Part shown: piece after piece, positions 19,544 to 29,638 of the stretch
Position numbering within the stretch: position 1 is the first letter of the stretch
How the letters are laid out: each line of letters opens with the position of its first letter
DNA from: a virus
Lineage: Duplodnaviria > Caudoviricetes
IMG/VR virus record: IMGVR_UViG_3300012953_000037
Coordinates: 1-57,774 of that record
Strand: one strand, 5' to 3'
DNA: 57,774 nt
Translations under genes and position numbers: made by a program
Notes under the pieces: model-generated
What the model saw: only the letters and a program-made list of their open reading frames with translations
Database searches by the model: none
What the model was told of the DNA's origin: nothing

Positions 19544-22371
19544 GTCAAAGAGTATATGTTAGTTCTAGAACGAACAAAGCGATAATTGCATTAGATACAG
19601 GTACCGTTTCAAGTGATTCAGAAAGTGCTCAGGTGTTAATTCAACAAAATGCTGCAGAGGTTGCTTCCGAACTTGATCTCTTGCAACAAACGCACGTTGG
19701 TGGGGAAACTGTTGAGGTAGACGCAAACAGATCCAATCAGGCTATACCCTTAGATTTGACAGCTGTCAACATTGCAATTGGTGAGATCAACGGGGTCGAC
19801 AGATTTTCTTCTAGTTCTGAAGAAGCTGAGATAATCACCATTCCAAATTCTTATTTCGAACCGGCCGAGCTGCCGAAGTGGTCTAGACTTTGTTGGGAAC
19901 AGCAAAAAGCATCTTATGGTGCAGCTCCTTTCTGGACAGATATGTTTGGTTTTTCATCGACCAATGAAACACCCGGGTGGCACGATGGTTATTTTGATTT
20001 TCCTATTAGACATGAAACACTCGCTGAAAGCCTTACAGCTACGTCTGTGTATGTAAACAATTACAAAGCACATGCAAAGATCAATACATTTCAAGCAAAC
20101 AAGTCGATTGATCATATTCAAACGTTGTGGAAACCGACAGGGAACCCGAATTGGAAATGGGAACACCTACAAAGAACAGAACAAGAGGATGATCCTGAAG
20201 ATTGGTATCAACCTGGGCCTTTCTCGATAAGCTCTTACGCAATGATCGATGACAAACAAGTACCTCACATGCCGTTGCTTCCGTACGGAATGATGCCGAA
20301 ACAGTACAAATCAGAATTTTTCTTATCTCCTATTAATAATTCTATGCCTAAATTTATTCCGTATTGGACGATCAATGATCAAGGAGAGAATGAACTTTAT
20401 CTTTATTACTACAAAACTATGAATGAAGTGTGTGATAAAGTTAGAATTACAAAACCAGATGGAACATTCGTAGCTACCAAGACATTCGTATCCACAGAAA
20501 ATAATGAGGGTACGTTTTCCTTGGGTGTTTTTCCAAATAGCTATAAGCCGTACAAATTCCATATACAGTTGCTTCATACCGATCGAAACGGAGCCAAATC
20601 GTGGATCCAAGGGTACGATATAAAAACAGCCATGCCTATAGTGCAAGATACCCAGATCAAAATAGCAAGTGTAGAAAAAGCGAATATAAACCACTTTGTA
20701 AATCAAAACTTGGGTGACTTCTTCATTATCAACATATCCAAAGAAAATTTCAGCAAACTATACATTCCAGAGTCTACAGAGACTGGTTGGGACGTAAAGA
20801 TAGAAGATGGGAAATACCGAGAAGGGATTCTGAATGAAAAGCTAGTGGTTAGGCTTCATGTGACAAAGAGATTCAGAGGTCAGGAAAGGTTCTTAGGATC
20901 TTTCATATTTAATCCAACTGGAGCTGGCTACGGCGATTACTCCGGCATCACCAATCTAGACAGTGTCTTCCAATGGGATGAGTACACCGATGGACAAGAT
21001 CCAAATACGCTCTCTTTTGGATTCTTTCCGAAGACTGGTGCAATGCAGTTTAATTCAGACGAAGACGGCGAAGAAACTTATGAATTCAGAATTTCAGAAT
21101 GGTCCTTGGGCGTTGAGTATGGATTACAAACAGGAGAAAACTTTGCATGGATGGTTGGATCTCCTCCCAATCGCTATCGATATGATACGTGGGACGAACA
21201 ACACCCAACAAGAAAATGGAAGAGAATGAATCCGGTCGATCCCCAATATGACTCACCAAACAGGCTATCTGAAATAGCAAAATCTAGGCAATGTGTTCTC
21301 TATAAGAGTGAGATGTCGCTTGGGGCGGTTTTGCCTGAGGAACCTGTGCACGGTGCTATTTTATCTTCGAACGGCTGGAATGTAGTATACACTGAAGATA
21401 AACACCGTGATTACTTCGGCAAGTGGCCTCACTTTGATTTTTCTTTCCAACTTAGTGATAAATATAAGAATGCATATAATATTAAGCTGGTAGCTGAATA
21501 TACGTATTATGTTCAAAAAGAAGTGCCTTACACTAGCACTGGTTCTGGTGGAGGTGGCGGTGGACACAGCCTTTCCCAACAGTATACTCAGTACACTTGG
21601 GAACTTGCTCAAATAAGTTCATTAGAATCTCGAAATCTTTCTGATCCACCACAGAGTTTCCCAATACTGCAATGGGAACATTGGTCACCTGAATTTCACG
21701 TAGTAGATTTTGTTTCATATCAACAAGTTTTCTTTATTATCTGGAATTACATGATGAGCACCGGGAAACTTCAGCCACCACCAGAAGAAGTTGAATCTAG
21801 CGGTGGTAGTACCGGTGGTGGTGCTGTAGGGATGCTGCCATCATATAGTGCACCTTCTACAGAGTGGCTATTGTCAAAAGAGAATTTCCATCAATTCGAA
21901 CAAGATTGTCTACTGCTTTCTATGAAAGTTGATGATTTCATCACTGGTGTATCGAACATATACCTTCGAGATGATCATCCTCTCCCGGGAGTAAAAATTC
22001 AATACTGGGCTGAAATCACTATGCCGGATGGCAATGCACCAAATGGTGTTTCAGTAGAAAGAATTTTAGTCAACAATTTATCTGAAGACTTTTGGGAAAA
22101 TCCACACTATCGAATAGGTATCGATTTTGATTTTGATAAAATCGAACAACCTGCTGATAATCTCACGTGGATACCTTCTGGAACCGCGATAGTGACAGGA
22201 CACTTAGACACTTTTCACCATACAGCTGCACCAGACGATGGAACAAGCACTACGAGCCCTCCGGGCTTGAAACCAGCTACAGGATATATACCAACTGATT
22301 TGAATTTCAACATAGAAGAAATAGACATGAGTGGGTATCCACCGCCGGTTTTGAAACCCGTGGTAATTTAA
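19540..22371 (+). CDS. Hypothetical virion protein (943 aa)
   Basis: Long ORF with ATGA overlap to the previous gene, in a late operon. No recognised motif. Confidence 0.6.
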   Translation: MSQRVYVSSRTNKAIIALDTGTVSSDSESAQVLIQQNAAEVASELDLLQQTHVGGETVEVDANRSNQAIPLDLTAVNIAIGEINGVDRFSSSSEEAEIITIPNSYFEPAELPKWSRLCWEQQKASYGAAPFWTDMFGFSSTNETPGWHDGYFDFPIRHETLAESLTATSVYVNNYKAHAKINTFQANKSIDHIQTLWKPTGNPNWKWEHLQRTEQEDDPEDWYQPGPFSISSYAMIDDKQVPHMPLLPYGMMPKQYKSEFFLSPINNSMPKFIPYWTINDQGENELYLYYYKTMNEVCDKVRITKPDGTFVATKTFVSTENNEGTFSLGVFPNSYKPYKFHIQLLHTDRNGAKSWIQGYDIKTAMPIVQDTQIKIASVEKANINHFVNQNLGDFFIINISKENFSKLYIPESTETGWDVKIEDGKYREGILNEKLVVRLHVTKRFRGQERFLGSFIFNPTGAGYGDYSGITNLDSVFQWDEYTDGQDPNTLSFGFFPKTGAMQFNSDEDGEETYEFRISEWSLGVEYGLQTGENFAWMVGSPPNRYRYDTWDEQHPTRKWKRMNPVDPQYDSPNRLSEIAKSRQCVLYKSEMSLGAVLPEEPVHGAILSSNGWNVVYTEDKHRDYFGKWPHFDFSFQLSDKYKNAYNIKLVAEYTYYVQKEVPYTSTGSGGGGGGHSLSQQYTQYTWELAQISSLESRNLSDPPQSFPILQWEHWSPEFHVVDFVSYQQVFFIIWNYMMSTGKLQPPPEEVESSGGSTGGGAVGMLPSYSAPSTEWLLSKENFHQFEQDCLLLSMKVDDFITGVSNIYLRDDHPLPGVKIQYWAEITMPDGNAPNGVSVERILVNNLSEDFWENPHYRIGIDFDFDKIEQPADNLTWIPSGTAIVTGHLDTFHHTAAPDDGTSTTSPPGLKPATGYIPTDLNFNIEEIDMSGYPPPVLKPVVI

Positions 22372-22383
22372 GAGGAAAATTAA

Positions 22384-25300
22384 ATGAGTATATACACCGA
22401 CTTTGATGCGCAGGCTAATGCAGATAATTCTTATTTTAGCGTCTCTAGCGTCGTTGCAAGAGTGTCAGAATTTATTTCTGATGAATCGAGTTTGATTGCA
22501 TTAGAAGAAGAATTAAAAGCTTTCTATATTCCAGCATTCACTGTTGATGTCACGGCGAATTTCGTGACAATTGGTGTGTATCCGCTTTATGGGGAAAGCT
22601 CTACAATACAGCTTAGCAAAACAGAAGGTGCGACACCTGTAGTGACTTCTGGCATCCCAGAAGATAGTCCTGCAACAACGATTGGTAATTTCGAAAAGAT
22701 CTCGCCAATAGATGGGGTATTTGGAGTTGAAGTTGATCCACTGACACATACTGACAGTGTTATCAAACGGCCTGTTGGGTTGGAAAGCCTTCCTATTGAA
22801 CCTACTACTGGCCTATTTTCTGAAGATGTTGGATTCGAAGTAATTGAAAATTTATTTTTAAGTAAATTTCCACAAAGTGTAAACCCACAAAACGATCTAG
22901 ATAAATTACTCCTTATGAAATCTAAATTGTCGATTGTAGTTGACATTGTAGCTAGCCAATCAGCAGCCTTTGATCCAGAAGTAAAAGATCAGTTAGTGAC
23001 CGAATATAATTCTTGGGTGAACAAGGTTGAAAAATTACAAGAATTTCTACTTCTAGTAAAAGAACAACAGGAAGAAATCATCGATCTACTCGATGAGTCT
23101 AAAATCAAAACAAAATTATTGAACAAAGGGGATGGTTTGTATTTGGGCCAAAAATCGGTGTGGTCATCTGTTGTAGATGACTTTGGAGATACTCTGAACC
23201 AAATAAGAAACAGAACTGGTATGTATTGTTTGTCTGACGAAACCTTCAAGCACACAGATCTATCTGAGACCCCTCCATCAATACCGTTCTGGTCTAACAC
23301 CACCAACAAATCTGTTAATAGCGGTGATTCAATTTCAAAAAGGGTCACGGACGCTACGTTTACTGTCGACGGTATGAAAGCAATGGGATTACTACTCCAA
23401 TATGGGGACGACGGCGGAAGCAACACTGGTGCACCAAATTACACTGAAGACTTATTCTACAGAAAAGTTGTGCAAGTATATCTGAATATGCACCCTAATC
23501 TCCTAGTGGAAAATTCAACGTTAGTGAATGACTCCATCGGAGATATAGAAAACGAAACAATGATGAATTGGTATGCCGAAGAAATCGACAGTCTGATGTT
23601 AGGAAAGAAATCACCGCAAAGTGCAAAACTATGGGCGTTGAGTTTTGATGAGATTTCCCAAAAAATAGTAAAAAGCTTGAAGCTGGAAAACGCGGGTGGA
23701 GGACCTCTCTTAGTATTTCAAAGTCTATTAAAAGCAATTGACGCTCTTGTGGATAGTGATCTAGATATAACGCCGTATCTTGGAACGAACAGTATCGGAG
23801 AAACATGGCTGTCAGAGATTTCATCATCTAGTATTTTGGGACATGGAAACGTTGGAATTGGGCCCAATTTATCTTTCGATGAGGAATACGATAATGAACA
23901 GACGCCAGGGACGAATTTTGAGTCGACTCCGATGAGTGATACCAAATATTTGAATTATGCAACTTTAATACGCTTCTTGCAAGTTTTCAATAGAGATATT
24001 TTCCCCAATGGGCCCGATAAATCGGGATGGGCCGCATATAAAAGACAGCTTCTTAACAGTGATCTATCCTCTAGGCCGAATACTAGCATATTCAATGTTG
24101 GAGATTTCATCAGAGGAATAGGTGGTCATCTTACGAGTTTCTTAGTAAGTCCCAAAGACTTTGATGAAAGATTATGGACACCAAAAGATACATCTGAGCA
24201 GAGAAGCAACGACAAAGCATCTAGTCCTTATGTAGGTGGTGTTGAATTCTGGCCAACAGCGAGGACGAGCTCTTATCCAAATCAATATGCGAGGTATACG
24301 CAACTTTCTGGGGTATGCAATTCTGAACAAATTTTGGGAGTTAATTGGCAAACGATAAAACCCAATAACACCATCAGGAAAACAAGTGCTGTTGGCCAAA
24401 TGAACGCCATATATGGCAGAGTCCCCGGACGTGGGCCCGTTAATTTCCATGCATGCACATTTCGATCACCAGAGGATGCTGAATTCAGAACTGCAAACCA
24501 GAGTGTGCACAATTCTAAAGTTGCACTAAAAAGTTTTTATGACGATAGGAAATTTTGCCAGATTGGAACGTACAGAGCATCCCAAATTGAAACAGTGATG
24601 GATATATCTAGTTATCGTGAATCTTTCTTGAGTTTTCTCGAAGATAAACTCTTGGAAAATTCGGCTGGCGGATTATCAACAGGGTCAGCTCGCTTGCAAG
24701 CACTGGAAGTGGCAAGAAATAAAGGTTGTTCTGTCATTCCCACTGGTACTTTCTTTGGGCACCTTCATTTTCCTTCGTATGATAACGACGGGACACGGTA
24801 CAACATGCCCGGGCTCTTCAGTTCTACCGCTCTTGGCGCAATCCCAGGAGATGTCCTTCACACCGGGAACAGAGTGTCGCAAAAGAGCGTGAAAAACAAG
24901 GCAATGGTCATGGGCTGGGGCTCTGCTGCAGACACTTCCTATGGGCCTTTGTCATGGGATTCTCAAAGTACCTATCAACTCAATTTTGCCAACAATAGAC
25001 CATATTGGACCACGATGCATAACGATTATTTCCGTAGTAGTGAGCTCAATGGGAACCAAGCTTCGCTGTATGGCGGTTTTCGGGTATCTAATCAGTTTAC
25101 AAATTTCGGTCCATCGATGGATTATGGCCATTGGTGGGCGAATGAGACATCGTCGTTTGGTGCGGTTCTCCCGCTTCAGTGGAAACCAATATGCAATAAA
25201 AGGTCTCACCCACATGCTTCGTCTGTACCATCATGGGCATACAGAATAGATAGAGAGAACCCAACTACAGACGATATGGATTTGGAAAGCTGGAAAGATT

Positions 25301-26988
25301 ATTTCAAGATGAAAGGAGGAGGAGTAATTCGTTTCTTCGGAGCTTCAGAGGGTATCATAAAAGGGCTGTTTATTAAAATGCACGAAATTTTGCTCGAGTC
25401 TTTAGATGAATTAACTGGAGAAAAAACAGATTGGGATGAATTCTATGAATTACTGTCGACAGACACGGATGAATTAGAAAGACATGGAGATATGTTTTTC
25501 AAGATGATTGAACATGTTGTTGACTCTTTAGAAAGCCAATCTAGTCATACTTGGGACGACCATTATATCAGAGTCAATCCTGCAGGAGGGCTTACTCTCT
25601 TTGATGAATCGTATCTGGTATCGATAACAACACCTGACAAGTCACACACTAGAAGATTGAATGAAAATTGTACAACTGAAAACAATTCTAAGTTGGCCAA
25701 AGAGTATATGGCCTTCAAAGCTAGGATTTCTTCTAAATCAGTCTTGACTGTTGGAAACAACGTAAAAGAAGAACGAGATTGGATGACTTATTTCCCTCCG
25801 GAGATTATGCGTAAGGATTCGAACCCAAACTGGGCCCAAAATTATGGACCTTCTGGTCAATATATAGATGTATATCCGAAAGCAGATTACCCTGACCCTC
25901 TTAAGATTAAAAGAAGCTACATATCTCTTGATGTAGACTCAGACGAGTTTGAATTCAATATACCCGGTACAAACATCGAGCAGAACGAAAAATGGAGATT
26001 CTGTATACAGCATGGAGCATTTACGCAATTAACCACATTGTTAGAAGGTATCAAAGATCCAATAGTGAATTTCTCAGAGTACATGGAAAGCCTTCAGATA
26101 GATGAAGACGTCAAAGGACCGTATGAAGAAGGCCTTATTACTGCCGAAGATATATCAAAAGCGGGAAAGATTTTGCCTCTAATTACTACGAATTTAGAGT
26201 ATTACAGAGCTGACTCAAAAGGAATTAGTGGCTTATGGAATGACTTGATTAAAGAAAATGGTGCAATAGACACGTTCCATCAACGATTGTCGAAGTGCGC
26301 ACAATTGGGACAATTGGATAGCGGTGGTATTTTCCTATCGTGTATTGGAATTTCTGAGGATTTTGTACAATGGGATTTATCTCAACCGGAGGATAAAAAG
26401 TATTATATAGATGTCGACAGAAATACAACTGGATGGAAGAATTCAAACGATAAAACCACCGGTATTTTCATACCAACTGCTACAGGTCTGCAGCGAGCTG
26501 CTATTGGATACAATGGTGGCCAGATCGGATTTTACGGACCGGGCACCGGTGATGAAATTTTAGATCCAAATCAATCTCAACGATTAGGAAAAGCAATGCA
26601 TTCATGGATTCATCTCTGTAAAGGTTTTCGGGTTGATGAGACTGTCTTCATCGATAATTACGAGCAATTGTATTCAGAGTTTCTTGTAGAAAACGAGGCT
26701 GGTAAATTTCCTTGGTCATCTTCTGATTTCGAAGACGGAAAACCAATCGTCGATGTCGAATCAATCTACAATGTTTCGTCGTGGTTATTCCCAAAGAATT
26801 TCTTTATGCAAGTCGTAAAACCACGAGAATTCCGATATGTGATACCAGTATTAGTAAAAGTACCCACGACACTAATGTCGACATCTGAACTTAATAGCAG
26901 TGAAGAAAATTTAGAAAAGAATTTTTTCCAAGGAAACATAAAATTCAATTTCTTTGAACCTTACAACTCAAACCTGTGGACACCATGA
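22384..26988 (+). CDS. Large hypothetical virion protein (1534 aa)
   Basis: Long ORF with GAGG RBS and a short coiled coil near aa 200-240. No recognised catalytic motif. Confidence 0.6.
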   Translation: MSIYTDFDAQANADNSYFSVSSVVARVSEFISDESSLIALEEELKAFYIPAFTVDVTANFVTIGVYPLYGESSTIQLSKTEGATPVVTSGIPEDSPATTIGNFEKISPIDGVFGVEVDPLTHTDSVIKRPVGLESLPIEPTTGLFSEDVGFEVIENLFLSKFPQSVNPQNDLDKLLLMKSKLSIVVDIVASQSAAFDPEVKDQLVTEYNSWVNKVEKLQEFLLLVKEQQEEIIDLLDESKIKTKLLNKGDGLYLGQKSVWSSVVDDFGDTLNQIRNRTGMYCLSDETFKHTDLSETPPSIPFWSNTTNKSVNSGDSISKRVTDATFTVDGMKAMGLLLQYGDDGGSNTGAPNYTEDLFYRKVVQVYLNMHPNLLVENSTLVNDSIGDIENETMMNWYAEEIDSLMLGKKSPQSAKLWALSFDEISQKIVKSLKLENAGGGPLLVFQSLLKAIDALVDSDLDITPYLGTNSIGETWLSEISSSSILGHGNVGIGPNLSFDEEYDNEQTPGTNFESTPMSDTKYLNYATLIRFLQVFNRDIFPNGPDKSGWAAYKRQLLNSDLSSRPNTSIFNVGDFIRGIGGHLTSFLVSPKDFDERLWTPKDTSEQRSNDKASSPYVGGVEFWPTARTSSYPNQYARYTQLSGVCNSEQILGVNWQTIKPNNTIRKTSAVGQMNAIYGRVPGRGPVNFHACTFRSPEDAEFRTANQSVHNSKVALKSFYDDRKFCQIGTYRASQIETVMDISSYRESFLSFLEDKLLENSAGGLSTGSARLQALEVARNKGCSVIPTGTFFGHLHFPSYDNDGTRYNMPGLFSSTALGAIPGDVLHTGNRVSQKSVKNKAMVMGWGSAADTSYGPLSWDSQSTYQLNFANNRPYWTTMHNDYFRSSELNGNQASLYGGFRVSNQFTNFGPSMDYGHWWANETSSFGAVLPLQWKPICNKRSHPHASSVPSWAYRIDRENPTTDDMDLESWKDYFKMKGGGVIRFFGASEGIIKGLFIKMHEILLESLDELTGEKTDWDEFYELLSTDTDELERHGDMFFKMIEHVVDSLESQSSHTWDDHYIRVNPAGGLTLFDESYLVSITTPDKSHTRRLNENCTTENNSKLAKEYMAFKARISSKSVLTVGNNVKEERDWMTYFPPEIMRKDSNPNWAQNYGPSGQYIDVYPKADYPDPLKIKRSYISLDVDSDEFEFNIPGTNIEQNEKWRFCIQHGAFTQLTTLLEGIKDPIVNFSEYMESLQIDEDVKGPYEEGLITAEDISKAGKILPLITTNLEYYRADSKGISGLWNDLIKENGAIDTFHQRLSKCAQLGQLDSGGIFLSCIGISEDFVQWDLSQPEDKKYYIDVDRNTTGWKNSNDKTTGIFIPTATGLQRAAIGYNGGQIGFYGPGTGDEILDPNQSQRLGKAMHSWIHLCKGFRVDETVFIDNYEQLYSEFLVENEAGKFPWSSSDFEDGKPIVDVESIYNVSSWLFPKNFFMQVVKPREFRYVIPVLVKVPTTLMSTSELNSSEENLEKNFFQGNIKFNFFEPYNSNLWTP

Positions 26989-26989
26989 T

Positions 26990-28939
26990 ATGACAACCAA
27001 AGGAATAACGAAATCAATCAATGTTATAGAGCTTCCGACTCAGTTAATTCGAGTTGTTGGAAACTTTGTATATTTGAATTATGACGTAAAAGAACGAGAA
27101 GAAATTAGGCTACCTCCGGAGCTCTCTCCTGATGATCCTCAAGATGACCCAAGACTTGATTTACCCCTCAGAATGAACGAGAATGGCGCTAAAATACCAG
27201 ACAGGTATAATATAATTAAATTGGAAAAAGGCACAGCTAGCGTCGTATCACATGAGATTCTGAACGCGGTGCTAGCTGCAGATGACCATGATTGGGTCCA
27301 AGGGCCGAATGTTTTCTTTACCCAAGATTTCATCGAAGGATACGTAAGAGTTTCTCCTGATAGTGTTATTTCTACTCAAACTTTCACTAAAAAAGTTATC
27401 GATACTACCACCACCTCAGAGAAATCTTTCAAACAGAAAACCTTGCTTGATTATTTGAAAAGTGAAGCATCAGGAAGTGAGTACATCCACGTAAATCTAG
27501 ATGAGTTCGAACAAGCCTTGAAGGGAAGTGCAGAAGAAGAAGCACAAGCTTTGTTCATGATCGACCCAAATACTAACTTGCCCATATCTGATACTGACGT
27601 AAGCCCTAGCAGCTCTAATGCGGATTCATACATCAACAGCATGTACGTGGAAAAGATTTTCAAAAGATCAAAGAATTCACCAGCGATTTGGGGGATTACA
27701 GATCGACAAATTGAGCTAGCTGAATTGATTTCTAATCAAGCACAGGAAGCAGGAAGAACTAGATACCTTTCTAGTATGTTCAAAACGCTAGAAGTATTCG
27801 GAGACAACCAAATCGAATATACGCCTGACGTAATCAATAATGCAGGTGAGCTTTCCTATTCCCATATTGGTTGGCATATATTAAAGTATATGCGGGTTGG
27901 TAATGACTGGAACTACGTAGCTTCTTTTGTAGTGCCTACTTTTCCCGATAATTTAGAAGTACACGAATCATATCCCGGGTCCGGCGATATGGAAGGAGAT
28001 CAAGGATCGAATTTCTATACTTTCAAGGACCCTTACGTGTTATACGGGAAATCTTATAGATACGAAATAAGAGATGCATGGGTAGTAGAAACTCCATCAA
28101 ACCCTGTTCATAAACTGAGTCTTCTACTGGGTAGTGAGACAGTTAATTTAGAAATAGACTGTACAGAAAAACTTCCACCTATGACTCCAGGGAATTTCTC
28201 ATTCGAATATGTTGGGGATAAGAACATACGAATCTCTTGGCTAAAAGAGAAAAAATTAACAGTCCCAACACATGATTTTTCATCTGGCCTTAATCTAGAA
28301 GAGTACTGGAAGAAAGAGTTCGAATGCAACGACACTGGAGGTTATCTGCTGTTCATAAGGAATTCTCTCGAACAAGGCTACAGGCTTGAAAAACAATTCC
28401 ATATCACGAAGAAAACAAGAAAATATTATGAAGAAGTCAACTCCGATGGGAGTACGACCAAAGTGTTAGAAAAAGAAGAGTATCGAGAAACGATGGATCT
28501 GACAAACAAAGTGTTATCTTCGATCATAGGGATTTCAGTACCGAATGATAAGATCTTACACATTGTCGACAAGAATTTGCTTGACTATGACCTTGAAATC
28601 AGATCAAATCTAGATTATTATATCACTCTCTGCACGTATGATGTACATGGTAATATAAGCAATTATTCTGAGCAGTTTTATGTTCGAAGGAATAATGTCA
28701 CTGGGGAAGTGGCTACGTCACTCATTTCTTCAAGGGGTGCCTCCCTAGCTTACCCAAATGCATTAATACCGACCAAGTTCGTGCTCAGTTCGTTCAAAAC
28801 TAGTGGATACAGATATTTAGATATATATCAAACACCAGATACTGAGCAGTCATACCCGACTGAAGGGGAGATCACTATACAGATGATTGATTTGGATACA
28901 GAAGAATCTGTTGTAATTGCAGGATCGTCTTCTCAGTGA
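26990..28939 (+). CDS. Virion protein with FN3/Ig-like C-terminal region (~649 aa)
   Basis: ATG 26990 follows the upstream stop. YGKSYRYEIR...PPMTPGNFSF...IRISW...GYLLF...YYITLCTYDVHGNISNYS is an FN3-like pattern. Confidence 0.55.
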   Translation: MTTKGITKSINVIELPTQLIRVVGNFVYLNYDVKEREEIRLPPELSPDDPQDDPRLDLPLRMNENGAKIPDRYNIIKLEKGTASVVSHEILNAVLAADDHDWVQGPNVFFTQDFIEGYVRVSPDSVISTQTFTKKVIDTTTTSEKSFKQKTLLDYLKSEASGSEYIHVNLDEFEQALKGSAEEEAQALFMIDPNTNLPISDTDVSPSSSNADSYINSMYVEKIFKRSKNSPAIWGITDRQIELAELISNQAQEAGRTRYLSSMFKTLEVFGDNQIEYTPDVINNAGELSYSHIGWHILKYMRVGNDWNYVASFVVPTFPDNLEVHESYPGSGDMEGDQGSNFYTFKDPYVLYGKSYRYEIRDAWVVETPSNPVHKLSLLLGSETVNLEIDCTEKLPPMTPGNFSFEYVGDKNIRISWLKEKKLTVPTHDFSSGLNLEEYWKKEFECNDTGGYLLFIRNSLEQGYRLEKQFHITKKTRKYYEEVNSDGSTTKVLEKEEYRETMDLTNKVLSSIIGISVPNDKILHIVDKNLLDYDLEIRSNLDYYITLCTYDVHGNISNYSEQFYVRRNNVTGEVATSLISSRGASLAYPNALIPTKFVLSSFKTSGYRYLDIYQTPDTEQSYPTEGEITIQMIDLDTEESVVIAGSSSQ

Positions 28940-28977
28940 TAATAGCAAACAAAATTATCTAAAATCGTATAGTGCGT

Positions 28978-28985
28978 TATAATTA
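28978..28985 (+). promoter_or_regulatory. Putative late promoter TATAATTA
   Basis: Exact octamer, 34 nt before the ATG at 29012. Confidence 0.65.
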
Positions 28986-29011
28986 ACACCAACAGACAAG
29001 GAGAATCAATT

Positions 29012-29623
29012 ATGGGATTTTTAGATCATACTACGAACAACATTATTGTTGACGCTGTATTGACAGACAAAGGCCGAAAGAAATTAGCGAGTGCTACGGG
29101 TCTTACGATAATTCAATATGCATTTGCAGATCCAGAAGTTGACTACACTCTTCTCAAAAAGTATGGAGAGATCGTAGGAAAAGAAAAGATTGAAAAGAAC
29201 ACGCCAATATATGAAGCAAGTACTAGCAACGAAATGGTCGCTGAATACGAACAGAATTTATTGCAAGATTCGACTGGTAATTCAGTTGAGTCTATCACAT
29301 CGACAGCACAAAGTCCTTCCCCTCCACTCTATAATTATGAACTTGAATTTAATGGGTTTGATGGTGGAACAAACATTACGTTAGAAGTTGTGTACTCTAG
29401 TACTGTGTGGGAGCTTACTACAAGTGTTGCTTCTTCTGCACCTGTTGGAGACCCGGGGAATTTCCTTACTAGGGCGATTATTTCGCATACACCAAGTGCT
29501 CCATTGACCTTACAGTTTTCAACAAGCAATATGTCATGGACTGGAACAAAAACTGCTTCGTTTTCAGTAGTAGAACAAGGTGGTGCTTCTACTAGCGTAC
29601 AAAACGTCGACATTACATTGTAA
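29012..29623 (+). CDS. Putative baseplate/tail-collar structural protein (203 aa)
   Basis: AAGGAG RBS. N-terminal VLTDKGRKKLA...IIQYAFAD resembles the start of tail-collar/fibre attachment domains. Confidence 0.55.
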   Translation: MGFLDHTTNNIIVDAVLTDKGRKKLASATGLTIIQYAFADPEVDYTLLKKYGEIVGKEKIEKNTPIYEASTSNEMVAEYEQNLLQDSTGNSVESITSTAQSPSPPLYNYELEFNGFDGGTNITLEVVYSSTVWELTTSVASSAPVGDPGNFLTRAIISHTPSAPLTLQFSTSNMSWTGTKTASFSVVEQGGASTSVQNVDITL

Positions 29624-29638
29624 TCTTAGGAGTAATCA

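Noticed and set aside
27211-27218. TATAATTA copies inside coding regions (also near 29330 and 41850)
   Set aside because: Far from any start codon and expected occasionally by chance in AT-rich DNA, so not annotated as promoters.
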